DNA of 63,924 bases, counting the filler, from Neolecta irregularis DAH-3 (lineage: Eukaryota), in NCBI GenBank assembly GCA_001929475.1. It is 10 parts of 10 records of this genome, joined end to end, with 100 filler letters (N's around TTAATTAATTAA, not from the genome) between each part and the next. Parts side by side here need not be neighbours in the genome. Positions count along the whole stretch, not along the records: positions 47,905 to 54,659 come from LXFE01000736.1; positions 54,760 to 56,361 come from LXFE01000741.1; positions 56,462 to 59,140 come from LXFE01000743.1; positions 59,241 to 60,736 come from LXFE01004412.1; positions 60,837 to 62,756 come from LXFE01000745.1; positions 62,857 to 63,924 come from LXFE01000772.1; 4 more parts are not named here. One strand, 5' to 3'. The position numbers and the translations under genes are program-made. Under the pieces are notes generated by a model that was not told where the DNA came from, ran no database searches, and worked only from the letters and a program-made list of their open reading frames with translations. This document shows, in pieces, positions 52,932 to 63,924 of the stretch (its first letter is position 1; every line of letters starts with the position of its first letter).

Positions 52932-54650
52932 CTACAGCATAACCAGGCCGATACCACTTGGCCGCGTGCGGTCGATTATTCCTCCGCCCTTTGTTCCTCC
53001 ATGAATAGCCTTTGCCCGGTAATTGAACAGATAATAATTCAAGAGTCCGTCTCCCATTCCAAATTTGAGCTCTTCGAGAAAAAGGGGATTGTCTAGTAAC
53101 GTGAGGGCATTGAACACGTCAAACCCGAGCTCAAAAATCAGCAAAAGAAAACAGGATGTGATTGGCATACCTCTTTTGCCAAAATCAAAGTATCGGTCAT
53201 TAAATGCTGGAGCCGTGCTTGTAGTGTTTTATTTTGATCATTGTTGGTGGCAAATGCACTTTCTGACGCATAGTAGAACAAGTAGGCAGCATTAATCTCC
53301 TTGTGGTGACTGTTTGAAATGACTGCAGAAGGCAAAGAATAAAAAGAAACTACATCGGTGATACGATTCGAATCGACATCCTGGGATTTATCAGCGAGGT
53401 ATTATGAGAGACAAACTTGGACTACAAAAGCCCAAACAACTTTTTCGGATTTCTTGGTATTTCCGTTTTGGAGAAACCAGTGGTGAATTTCTTCGTTTGT
53501 AAATTGGGGGGCAATGTCGAAGCGATTTAGATATCGACGCATCAATTCTGCGACTTGTCCAACATCGTCAGAATTCATGGGTCGAAGTGTGGGAATAGAG
53601 GTGGTAGCGGCAAGTTGATACTTGTGAGTTTGTCGTGTTTTAGTCGAGGTGGTTGGTAGGGTGGTGAAACCTACTTCGTACAGCTTTTGCCAGTTTAGAG
53701 AACGATGAAAGTATCGACAAGTACTGACGGGTCGGGGCAGAATGACGCCTGCAGTATAGAGACCCTGCCATATGCCGTGTTTGTGTGCTTGCCGAGTGAC
53801 TTCTTTAATCAAAATGGGAGCAAGGCGTTTTGATCGTAGTTTTTTATGGACGCAGAGAAAGTTTACTTCAGCACATGTAACAGTATTTTCCCTTACCCGA
53901 AGGAGACAGGGGATAGCGGAGATAAAGGCAACTAGTTTTTGGGAAGATTTGACTCTGACACCGACATGCCAGGACTTGAAATAGCCGGGGGACTGGAGAG
54001 CCCTTTGGTTAGAATTGGCGATATGGAGAATACCATTTGATGAAGGAAGCAGAGTAGTTGAATCGGAGCAATGAGCAGTCATCTTCGACATAGTTCAAAC
54101 TAAGGAGCTCGTAGACTTCTTTCAACTAGATTTTGTATATTACCTGATGATGGGTTATATACCTGTGTTTCATTGTCAATGTCGACAGTAACCCAGTCAA
54201 AGTCTTGCAAAAGTTCCTGGGGGAGTGGCGGGATGTTTTCTGGGTCTGGAGCGAGTATGGGACCTTCCTCTTGGATTGTCTCGTCTAGGAATTGGTGGAC
54301 GAATGAATTGGACGCTACCAAAGCCAGTGACGGGTTGAGTTTTCCAGAATGTATAATCTGCGAGATCTTTTCTGTTTTTTCCGCCAATGGCCATTCCGGT
54401 GAGGATATCTTGGAGAGAGTTCTGGGATATTCAGCCGAGTTGTAAATGGGTATACTTTTTGCAAAAAGGCTTCGAGGGTGTGGCTTGGACCCAGCGAGAG
54501 GTTATTTTTAGCCAGCTCTAGGTTTGCGGTCTCCAATTTCTGTGCATCCAATTTCTGTGCATCCAATTTCTGTGCCTCTGATTTCTGAGCCTCTTTCTGA
54601 GCCTCTTTCTGAGCCTCCAGTTTCTTTCGTTTTTCCTTTCGATTGGGCAT
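52932..54650 (-). CDS. NMT1: Glycylpeptide N-myristoyltransferase
   Basis: [68 protein letters not shown]. Confidence 0.95.
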
Positions 54651-54759
54651 TGAGGGATTNNNNNNNNNNNNNNNNNNNNNNNNNNNNNNNNNNNNNNNNN
54701 NNNTTAATTAATTAANNNNNNNNNNNNNNNNNNNNNNNNNNNNNNNNNNNNNNNNNNNN

Positions 54760-56113
54760 AGCGCGTGTATGCGGCTTTTAATTTCGAGGTAGTCTGATTA
54801 GATGGGTGGAAAAAGGGGATACCTCTGACGGCGGTGTAGAGCGGGTGCAGCGTTGGTTCCGAGTCCCAGAAGAAGTCGGGTGTGTCTGGGGTTAGTCAAC
54901 CCTGGAGTATACGCACCAAGGACATTTGAGGATAAATTTACGTCGACGCGTAGTTTGAATAGTTTCCCGCTCATTTTAAGGACTTGGGATCGCTGCATGT
55001 CGAGTTCGCCTGTCAAAGCCAGTTCTTTAGGAACGTGTCTTGTATCCTGGAGGGTAAGCTCCATTCGCTCTTCGAATACAGTCATTTTCACACTTTGCGC
55101 GATGGCATGCGACATGGCGAGTTTAATCATATGGTCTGCGGAGCGGAGGGTAATCATGTCATTGTAAATCTACCGTCAGCAACGAACAGGACAGAGGTAC
55201 ACGAGGTCGCTGGGTAGTCGGGGAATATTCAAAGTGTAAATCTTCAGTTTGCACGTCCTTGTCGAGCAACGGCCGAACTAGCAGGGATCCAGCGAGTGCA
55301 AAAGTCAAATCAGCAAGGATATTTCGTTCCTGTCGTTCGGAAAAGTTCCAAAAGCAAACAACGCCGTAGCTAAAGACAAACATTTCTGCATGCTGCATCA
55401 TTCCAGAGATTTCGCCTTCAGTGATTAGGGTATCAGTGAATTCATAGTCGTCTTGCAGGTCCATATATTTCCCACAGGAACTTTTGGCTTCAGGACTGCT
55501 TTTCACCCGGTTGCCAGAGATGCCAGGCAGCAAAGGGAGATGGTACGCCGCATATAGTGCTTCATCGTATATTCTCGATACGACATCGTGTTTTGTACGC
55601 AGAAAGGATGCTGTGCTTTGAAAGCGAAAGGCTTCAGAGACACAATATGCCGTGACTCTAGGCAACGATCGTTCCTCGCGACGTTCTTTAGTCAGGCGCT
55701 CGGCAATGGAACGGCTAGGCAGTCGGTAATCATGGGGCGGCCGGTCTTCATCAGAATCAAATGGCCGTTCAAGAGTTTCATGTTCGGGTAGCAAGACTAG
55801 CTTTTGGGTAATCTTGGACATTCTACGGTAAGCAAACCCTAACCCTATCTCGAACCGCTGAGGAACATTTTGTCCTTGAAGCCGCGATTTTCCAGATTGA
55901 TTAGGCAAGGGAATGCGTCTGCGCGCAGAGGGAACTTGGTCCACACCGGCTAAAAGGGTATCCAGACCTACAAGTTGTCGAAAAGGCAAACGAGAGCTTA
56001 CTAATATCACGAACATCGGGCGACGGCGAGACGTTGCTGCTGGGAAAGGGCGATTTTCTCTGGTTCTGCGCTCGAGAATCAGTTACGAGGATTGAAGGTG
56101 TTTTGGCAGACAT
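54760..56113 (-). CDS. DUF155 family protein (Rmd8/Rmd1-like), 3' truncated by gap
   Basis: LPRVTAYC, EMFVFSYGVVCFWNF, TEDLHFEY, DMITLRS.DHMIKLAMSHAIAQSVK, GKLFKLRVDVNL. Confidence 0.85.
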
Positions 56114-56512
56114 TGGAGTGGAGTGAGGTCACGAGATTGATTCTATACAAGGAAACTTGAACGCAGGAAAAGCACTTTTGTATTCAAAGGGAATGAATTG
56201 ATTGTGCACTCGAGATCATTACGAGATTGAAGGATTGAAGGAAGAAACTCGACAAAGGATCTGAATGAAGGGTTTTGCATTGGTGATGTCACGATATTGT
56301 GTCACGAGATTGTGTCACGAGGGTGATTGGAGGGAGGCATGAGATATGATATATTATTCTANNNNNNNNNNNNNNNNNNNNNNNNNNNNNNNNNNNNNNN
56401 NNNNNTTAATTAATTAANNNNNNNNNNNNNNNNNNNNNNNNNNNNNNNNNNNNNNNNNNNNGGCTACCGACCCGCCCTGCGCACTTTTCTACCCGCGCTG
56501 CCCCGAAACGCC

Positions 56513-56735
56513 CTGCCAAAGCTGCCATAGCTGCCAAAGCTGCTAAAGCTGCAGTGCCTGCCAAAGCTGCCAAAGCCAAAGCTGTCAATGCCAAAGCTGC
56601 CAAAGCTACACCAGCTGCACCTACAACCCCACCAGCTACACCAGCTACACCAGCTACACCAGCTACACCAGCTACACCAGCTACACCAGCTGCACCAGCT
56701 GCACCAGCTGCACCAGCTGCACCAGCTCCAGCCAG
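56513..56735 (+). repeat. 9-bp tandem microsatellite array (gccaaagct / ccagct[ag]ca)
   Basis: More than 20 imperfect 9-nt units next to a contig end. Confidence 0.9.
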
Positions 56736-57400
56736 CACTCCCCCCTCAGTCCCCCTCTCAACCCCGCCGCACCCACCATGCATCCCTTGGTCTAGACCGA
56801 CCAGACCAAGGCCTCGTTCTGGTCCAGTCGGTTGAGAGCGCTATTTAATCTAAGCTTGCAGACTTTATGAGCTTAGGTTAAGGTATGCCTGCTAAGTGTA
56901 TACTTTCTAAATACAATTGCCGTTATTTCTTTTCCGCCACTTTCTTCATATACCGGTAATACCCCTGATATATCCTTACAGTTGTGTTATTAATTGTGAG
57001 CAGGATTATAGTAAGGCTTTTTCCGATATAGTCGTCAAGACTGTAAAGAGAAAAATAGATTCAGCTAAACTACAGAGGAAAGGCCCTTATTTAAGCCACA
57101 TGTGGCAGGCTAGCTAGCACAAGGAAAAAGGAAGAAAGAGGAAACCGGAGAAACAAAGAGAAATCCCTGGGGGCGGCCAAAAACTGCCCCGCACCTGGAA
57201 CAGGAAGTAATTAGATAGACAAAATAAGGAAATTGGAGGATAGTAGAGAATAGGAGCCAGGCAGGCCAAAACTACCAGCCCCCTCAGAAAATGAAATAGC
57301 AATTGAAAAAAGGAAACCGGGAAAGGAAAAAGGAATACGCCGGTATCTTTCTCGCCCATCCAAGGGTTAGAGAAGGTCGGCTAGAGTTGATAGGCAAAGA

Positions 57401-58749
57401 TTACTCGATTCGATCTCCCGCTTCCGTGTATACTTGAAAGAGGACCATCTCGGCGAGATCACCAATGAATTGTCGAGACGTGTTATCAAGGAGGTTCATC
57501 TCATTGAAGAATTTTTCAGAACGGTGATTAGTGTATACTCGTTCAGAGTTGGAATAAGCGGCCCGGCTTATAGAAGGATCCATGACGACACCCGCCACAT
57601 CAATTAAAAGGTCTATCACTTCTCGGTTCACTATTGAATGTGTCAGTGTTGAACCAAAATACTTCAGATCAGGTACACGACTACTCAAAGAAGTAAACAC
57701 ATTCCGGGCATGTTTCTCTTTCTCGGGGTCTGGGTTTACCGGCTTTACCTTGCGGTCGTTAATGTCGCTGTCTAAAGCATTGTCATATTGCCACAATAGC
57801 AAATACAGTCCAGGGGCAAAGAAAGTAACGAGCACATGCAGGTGCTCTCCTTCAATAGATAACATCTTCTCCTTTCGGTCATAAATAGTTGTAATGCCAG
57901 AACGATAATTTCGGCTGAATATATCGAGAAAATCCAACAAGAAGTTGTCAAGAATCTCTGAAGAGTATTTCTTTTCTTTGACGAGGCTATCCGAAGATAA
58001 CCGAAATAGAGGTTCTGAGTCTGGTACACGAGATAGCTGCATGTTATATTCGTCTTTTCGCAAATCATCAGGAAAATCATCCTTCTCAAGAACGTTCTTA
58101 ATATTATTTCCCTCTGGTAGTCGCTTGTCGATAGCAGAGCAGTGAAGTAAAAAGCAAGTGCGAAATCTTGATGCGAAATCATCTGAAGAAGTTGACATCC
58201 CATATTTATTTAAAACTGTATTGGTGTCCCGCGGATGATGGAATTTCGAAAAAAAGTCGGTTAGTTCTTCCTTGATTAGTTTTCGACCTTGTCGCCCTGA
58301 TGATATCTGTTGAATTTCCTGAGAAAATTCTCGCATCTCAAATGTTCGTGGAAAATTGATACTAGAATATCAGAGTTGTCTTTTAGTACAAAAGCTTGCT
58401 CATAAACTGCGGTCACTTTAACGCCATCATCTGAGTGTTCTGTTGTCAAGTCCGATGAAAGGGTTTTAACCTGTACACAATATGACTGATCATCCTGATT
58501 CGTAACTATTGCAAATGAATTGCAGTCATGCCTCCTCGCTAAATAGCATTCATCCGCGCAATCTTCTAGTTCATCCCACCCTTGACATTCACCAGCCTTA
58601 CTGATTCTACCTGTGATGGCGACTTCGCTATGGGCAGAGGACGTTCGGGCATGGAAAACTTGGGTTACATTTGTGAATTCATCGAGATTCGATTTGGCGA
58701 AAATATGGTTTGCATAAAGCACAATCAACCAGAACAGCTTTGGCAACAT
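57401..58749 (-). CDS. Secreted protein: signal peptide + PAN/apple-like module + ~320-aa unknown domain (joined by predicted GC-AG intron 58362-58399)
   Basis: MLPKLFWLIVLYANHIFA; CADECY...CNSFA...YC; two overlapping ORFs fuse in frame through a 38-nt GCAAGC...CTGAT...TAG intron. Confidence 0.6.
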
Positions 58750-58979
58750 GGTGAAGGGAAACTGACTTGCTTAAAGTAAGTGTGAGAATGTTGCGTTGAT
58801 TGTATACTCGGAGGACTTTAGTTGGAATTTGGTAACGTAGTTACTTATGAAAGCAACTAAGCTATCTTGATTATAGGTGAATACCCCCCAGATAGCCGGG
58901 TGGAGCCAAACTTATATTGAGAATGTACTTTGCCATTTCCCGTTGCAGAGAGTCGCTTCTGGATTCTCCACACCCCCTT

Positions 58980-59140
58980 GCTGGTTTGGGTCTACATTTG
59001 AGCCGCTTTTGGTTTTTCTACGCCCCCTCACAGGATTGGGTCTACATTTGAGCCGCTTCTGGTTTTCTACGTCCGGTTTGGGTCTACATTTGAGCCGCTT
59101 ATGGTTTTCTGCGTCCGGTTTGGGTCTACATTTGAGCCGC
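58980..59140 (+). repeat. 42-bp minisatellite (ggtttgggtctacatttgagccgcttctggttttctacgtcc), at least 4 units, truncated by gap
   Basis: Direct tandem copies visible. Confidence 0.9.
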
Positions 59141-59263
59141 NNNNNNNNNNNNNNNNNNNNNNNNNNNNNNNNNNNNNNNNNNNNTTAATTAATTAANNNN
59201 NNNNNNNNNNNNNNNNNNNNNNNNNNNNNNNNNNNNNNNNTGCAGCAAGAATCTGCACGCGCA

Positions 59264-59680
59264 ATGAATTTTCTGTCTATCTTCGCCTGCTTCGCTTTTG
59301 CATTCTTTTTCGGAAATGGGTCAGGTCAGTCTTGTTATTTTCAATACAAGGATGGAACAACTGCCACTTTTCAAAAAGATCCTAATGGTTTTCTCACGGT
59401 TGGAGGAGGTTCGAATCTCATCTTGGGGGTCAAGGATCACTTTTTATTACTTTACAACGGTCAAAACTGGCAATCAATGGATGTCATAGCTGCAAATGAT
59501 AATCAAATATCAACCAGCGACACACCCATAGACAATAATTTCGACATAGATACAAATAAGAATCACCTTACACACAATGGAGGCAAGTGGTTCTATCAAT
59601 GCCTGACAACAAACAGGATAACCGTCACCTGGTCAGCGGCATGTCCAACGTGGGGAACAATTGTTGGGATTGGTATGTGA
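59264..59680 (+). CDS. Small secreted protein, cell-wall mannoprotein (Pir/Cwp1/PhiA-like) fold candidate
   Basis: Signal peptide; NFDID...HLTHNGGKWFYQC...C pattern; 138 aa, intronless. Confidence 0.65.
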   Translation: MNFLSIFACFAFAFFFGNGSGQSCYFQYKDGTTATFQKDPNGFLTVGGGSNLILGVKDHFLLLYNGQNWQSMDVIAANDNQISTSDTPIDNNFDIDTNKNHLTHNGGKWFYQCLTTNRITVTWSAACPTWGTIVGIGM

Positions 59681-61689
59681 AAACTCCCATACATGGGCTA
59701 ACAGAAAGATTCCATCTCGCCATAGGATCTAGAGTTATAGTCATTCTAGATAGAGCGAATTATTGAGTATTATTAAAGTTTCTGGACAGAATGACTATCG
59801 CGTGGTAGGAGACTATCATAATAAAACCTTACTTCACCTCACCGTATTATCAACTCACTATTATAATTTCCCTCAGCCTGTACCCTCAGTCATTCCAAAT
59901 GCTGTTGCTTTATACAAACCTTTGAATTTCCCGTTCTTTGAATACTTGCCCCTTTTCCTCCCTTGCAACAGCCATCATTTGGAATACCCTTTCTTCTAGA
60001 AAACAGATGGAATTATCTCATCCTGGTCTGAGTCTCTTTGCCAGTATGGTAACCACTAAGCACCTATTGGTCATTTTTCTTCTTTCTCCTTTTGCTGACC
60101 TAATATTTTCTTTCTATCTTTATCTTTCCTTGACTACTTTTCTCTCCCCTCTGCTGGATAGAACAGTGCTGATACTGGCCTCGAGGTTAGATCTACCCTC
60201 TTTAATACCTTTATAATCTCTATATAATCCTATACGCGCTCAATCTGCTACTCATTTGGACACACTGGGACACACTTGTACCAATCCTTCAAAGTGCTTT
60301 TTAACATTATACGTCTTTCACCTGCGAACTCGTCAGAACACACCAGAACCCGTCAAAACTGCCTATTTGTCAGCATGCAGAGTTGGATTAGGTGCTTCAG
60401 TGGACTTTGGTTGATAGTCACTTGGGCATAGTCTCTTTACTCAGATTGATATCAGGTTAAAGTCTAGTCAGCCAATCAGACTAGACACGACTTATATAGG
60501 AAATATGCATGTGCTAAAGATCATCCTTTGCCTATTCGCCTTCCCACCTACATACTCAGTGGCGATGCCTGCCCGCCGGAGAAATCTGAACCGCCCGCCC
60601 GCCGGGGAGACTCCGGCAGGCGGGTGGGCGAATGCANNNNNNNNNNTGATCAGTGTCCACCCGCCCGCCGGAGAAATCTGAACCGCCCGCCCGCCGGGGA
60701 GACTCCGGCAGGCGGGTGGGCGAATGCATTTTTATGNNNNNNNNNNNNNNNNNNNNNNNNNNNNNNNNNNNNNNNNNNNNTTAATTAATTAANNNNNNNN
60801 NNNNNNNNNNNNNNNNNNNNNNNNNNNNNNNNNNNNACCGTAATACGACACTATCGGGGCTCCTCACTCCAGCTCCCTCCTCCTCTTGCCCTCCGCGATT
60901 TTAATTATCACCAATCTCATTTCCAATTCGTTATCCAATCTGTTTTGGCGTGGTTCTGCTCCCAATGTTGTGGTATGAGGGTTCAGTGTGAACCGTCACC
61001 CCTCGCGGCCGCCCAGAACGGAGACCCTGGGCTCATTGAGACCCTCTTCGCCCTGGGGCCAATTCCCTCGTCCTCTCCGTCGCCCCCTGCACTCTGCCGC
61101 CTGCGCCCTCCACAACGACATCTACGCCGACGCGGGCTCTGCAACACTGTGCTTGCTTATGATTCTGTCTCCCACTGCCTGTGCTGTGCCGCATGGATAT
61201 CCCGTTGCCGCAGTGGTGCAGTCTTGCGGACATCGATACCAGGGCCGTGCTCACCTGCCTGTTTCGCAGATGCGCATCCACGGCCCTCGCTCGCCGAACT
61301 ACAGTCCTTGCCCTTGCCCCGCTCCAGCAAGAGTGAGCGCTCCTCCAATGACCACTTCCTTCTGTCTTCATACCGGGAGTATGGGGCTTGCAGATGAGAC
61401 AGGCCCAGGTTAGGTTTTCCTTTTTTTACCTACAGCATGTACTGGAAGGAAGTAAGTTGTGTTTTGCAGGTATATAGCATAGTCTGTTGCCCCTCTTTCC
61501 ACATCAGAAATATATCAAAGATCAAAATCTACAACCTTAAGAAGCCTACCCGCTACTACCCACCTATTTTACAACACTGAACCCTTGCTCAATCTCCATC
61601 CTTTTCCCAACTTTAACCCTTAGGACGGATTCTGTGTGACATACTGCCTGCCCCCCTCTGCACAAGACTCACAATTATAGCAAAAATAT

Positions 61690-61812
61690 CTATCAAGTCT
61701 ATCAAGTAAGCAAGTAAATTAACAAGTAAGCAAGTCTTAATGGTCAAAATGAGCAAGTAAGCAAGTCCAAAGGCCAGACTTGGACTTACTTACTTAATAG
61801 CAAGTCGGCCTA
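61690..61812. repeat. Subterminal AAGTAAGC/CAAGT repeats and hairpin flanking the Harbinger element
   Basis: Repeated caagtaagcaagt; aggccagacttg...caagtcggcct inverted pair. Confidence 0.55.
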
Positions 61813-61892
61813 TGAGCAAGATGCAGAAGTTATTGTTTGATCTAATTAGACCTGCAGACTACATGCAATACTAACATGTTACATGTCAAACA

Positions 61893-62756
61893 TTATCTTT
61901 GAGTATTTTCATAATCTTCCCACATTGACACTGCAATCTCTTCCTGAATTATAGACATTTCCCTGTCATCTTCACTGTGATACACCCTACCAAGGCTATG
62001 CTCTGGCTCATTATCTGATATTTGTACCCCATTGTCCCAGTCCTCAATTTCATCTCTTCCAGAATTTACACTGATAAAATTGTGCAAAGCAGCAAGAGCT
62101 GTAACAATTTGTGCTTGAACAGGTGCTGAATAGTCCAATCAGTGGTAAAGAATGGTGAATCATTTCTTGAAGATGCCAAATACCCATTCAATCCCATTTC
62201 GAAGCTGTGAATGCCATAAGTTGAATAACTCCTCCTTTGTCTCTGGCCTTTAAGCAGCAAATGCTTGTTCCAGTAAATGATATCTTATCCCCCTATATGG
62301 TGGTAAGAAACCCTTCTTCAAAGCATATGCAGCATCAACCAGATAATATTTTCCATCTGGAATTGTTAAGCCTCCACCTGCAGAGAGAGCATATTGCAAA
62401 ACCAATCCATCATGAGCAGAACCTTCCCAACCACTTAAAACGTAACAGAATTGCAAGTTAAACTTGCATATTCCAAGAAAATTCTGGCTAATCTCTCCTT
62501 TTCGATTGTGGAAACGTGCAGAATCATCTGAAGATACCTTGCTAAGAATATGGCAGCCATCTGCTGCACCAATACAGTTTTTGAAAAAGGGATAAAATTT
62601 CAGGTTTTTGAGAATTTCTTCTGGGATGATATTTGGATCAGGTAGTTGAACAACTTCTGGGTAGAGCTTGAGGAGACTATGGAGAACTTTCAAAAAGTAT
62701 TTCGAAATTGTCTGTCCACTATGTTGGAATCTTTCCTGTAAATCTCGATTTGAATG
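61893..62756 (-). mobile_element. PIF/Harbinger transposase (DDE_Tnp_4), inactivated
   Basis: FKNCIGAADGCHI, NRKG..SQN, GWEGSAHD, YYLVDAAY, PYRGIRYHL, ELFNL.HS.LRN.IE, LHNFI; three in-frame stops. Confidence 0.9.
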
Positions 62757-62884
62757 NNNNNNNNNNNNNNNNNNNNNNNNNNNNNNNNNNNNNNNNNNNN
62801 TTAATTAATTAANNNNNNNNNNNNNNNNNNNNNNNNNNNNNNNNNNNNNNNNNNNNATTTAATATAATAATACTATTTATATCT

Positions 62885-62986
62885 TTGGTTCGAATCATTG
62901 AATCAGTTCGAATCCCAAACCTAATTCGTATCAGATTCTTGAATCCATCATTGGATTCAGTATCAGCTGATTCATTACACCACTGA
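62885..62986. repeat. Possible DNA-transposon end (GAATC/GATTC subterminal repeats ending in CCACTG)
   Basis: Clustered gaatc/gattc motifs; reverse strand begins CAGTGGTGT, a hAT-like terminus. Confidence 0.35.
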
Positions 62987-63846
62987 GGACCAGTATATAA
63001 TTATGTATAATAGATAGAGAAAGAGGAGGAAGAAATGGGGAGAGTTATCTGGATAGCTGGACCTATACCCTAACTGTGATAAACTACTCAGTAGGGATGG
63101 GAGATACTTAGGGAAGTATTCCGAGCCAGATTCATGTATCTTGCAGAATTACTTCATCCTTGAGGAAGACTAAGTTCAACCATACTGAAGCAGACCAGCC
63201 ATAACTCAGGATATAGTAACAATTAATATGGGGCATAATATAGCATCAAGTTAGGTCTTGAGGAACTCCACCTGAACGTATAACATTTTGCCTAGGTTAC
63301 CTCATCGATTAGTCGTCCACTGGTAGTTAAGCCAAAATGTGAAAACTTCAACCTAGAATAACGCAGCATTGGTCTATTGCTGGTGCCATATGTATACAGT
63401 GAAAAGATCCACCTTGCCGAGCTCTAAAGGCCAATATAAGATTCGTCATACCTTACCTACTTGAATACAGAGAAAAGTAGGAAAATGTAGGGCAATGTGA
63501 TGGACGGAGATATATTTGTAAAGATAGGGCGAAAACAGAAAAAGGACATTGAGATGTTCCTGGTGAAAATCAATGGTAGGACAACCTCAGGATATATGAA
63601 AGGGAAGTAGAGTACCTTTCTGTGGACACAATAAAATTCCATTTGTTATACATAATAATTTCGTCAGTATATTCAGTGGGTATGCATCTATAGAGTTTGA
63701 AGTCCCAATCTTATATCTGTGTATCTTTGGTTGAGTTCACTCATAGGGTCATAGCAACTGTGGGGATTGAGGGTGCCTAAGAAAAGACCCTCACTTAGTG
63801 TTGGCAATAATATGTCAATAAATATGATATATTGTATATCATGTGA

Positions 63847-63924
63847 TATGATATGGGATTTTTCATATTTTGGCAATATGATATGAGATTTTTCATATTT
63901 TGACAATATCAAATAGAGTTTTTC
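63847..63924 (+). repeat. 30-bp tandem repeat (atatgatatg[ga]gatttttcatatttt[g]gca)
   Basis: Two near-identical units plus a partial third. Confidence 0.7.

Noticed and set aside
56406-56848. ORFs encoding poly(HQL), poly(PAT) or poly(AGV)
   Set aside because: By-products of a 9-bp microsatellite that is open in several frames
58980-59140. CRISPR-like regularly spaced repeats
   Set aside because: Intervening segments are near-identical rather than unique spacers, no cas genes, eukaryotic context; a minisatellite
60570-60730. GC-rich ~65-bp duplicated sequence
   Set aside because: Copies straddle a 10-N gap at a contig end; cannot separate a real repeat from an assembly artefact
60945-61413. 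Overlapping GC-rich ORFs on both strands
   Set aside because: No family motif in any frame; GC-rich DNA gives spurious ORFs
62885-62920. GGTTCGAATC T-loop/B-box-like words suggesting a tRNA
   Set aside because: No cloverleaf stems or A box; part of a GAATC repeat cluster

Overview
Eukaryotic (fungal) genomic DNA: a gene-dense ascomycete with very short (about 33-55 nt) spliceosomal introns and tiny intergenic spacers. This is consistent with an early-diverging Taphrinomycotina-type genome such as Neolecta (inference only, not verified). The window is about 10 contigs joined by artificial 100-nt linkers (N44-TTAATTAATTAA-N44), so adjacency across linkers is not biological evidence. Housekeeping genes include an MBOAT acyltransferase, CAND1, MIM2, ABP1, GT25, YTP1, the SSF1/RRP3 pair, a P1B ATPase, BRF1, PEX1, an FAD oxidase, GH17, SYM1-like, OLE1, MetAP, a BRCT protein, a peroxisomal hydrolase, ADP1, NMT1 and a DUF155 protein. 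These alternate with repeat-rich contig ends that carry small secreted proteins, gene relics and decayed DNA transposons. Most notable: (1) a P1B ATPase with an intact catalytic core but all Cu(I)-ligand motifs altered; (2) transposon relics with RIP-like/CpG C>T damage; (3) two PAN/apple-like secreted proteins, one probably joined to a 311-aa orphan domain through a GC-AG intron; (4) several deletion-eroded pseudogenes, including a chimeric mosaic; (5) two convergent genes whose stop codons overlap in one palindrome. No tRNA, rRNA or CRISPR array was found. Exon structures were derived by eye and are approximate.
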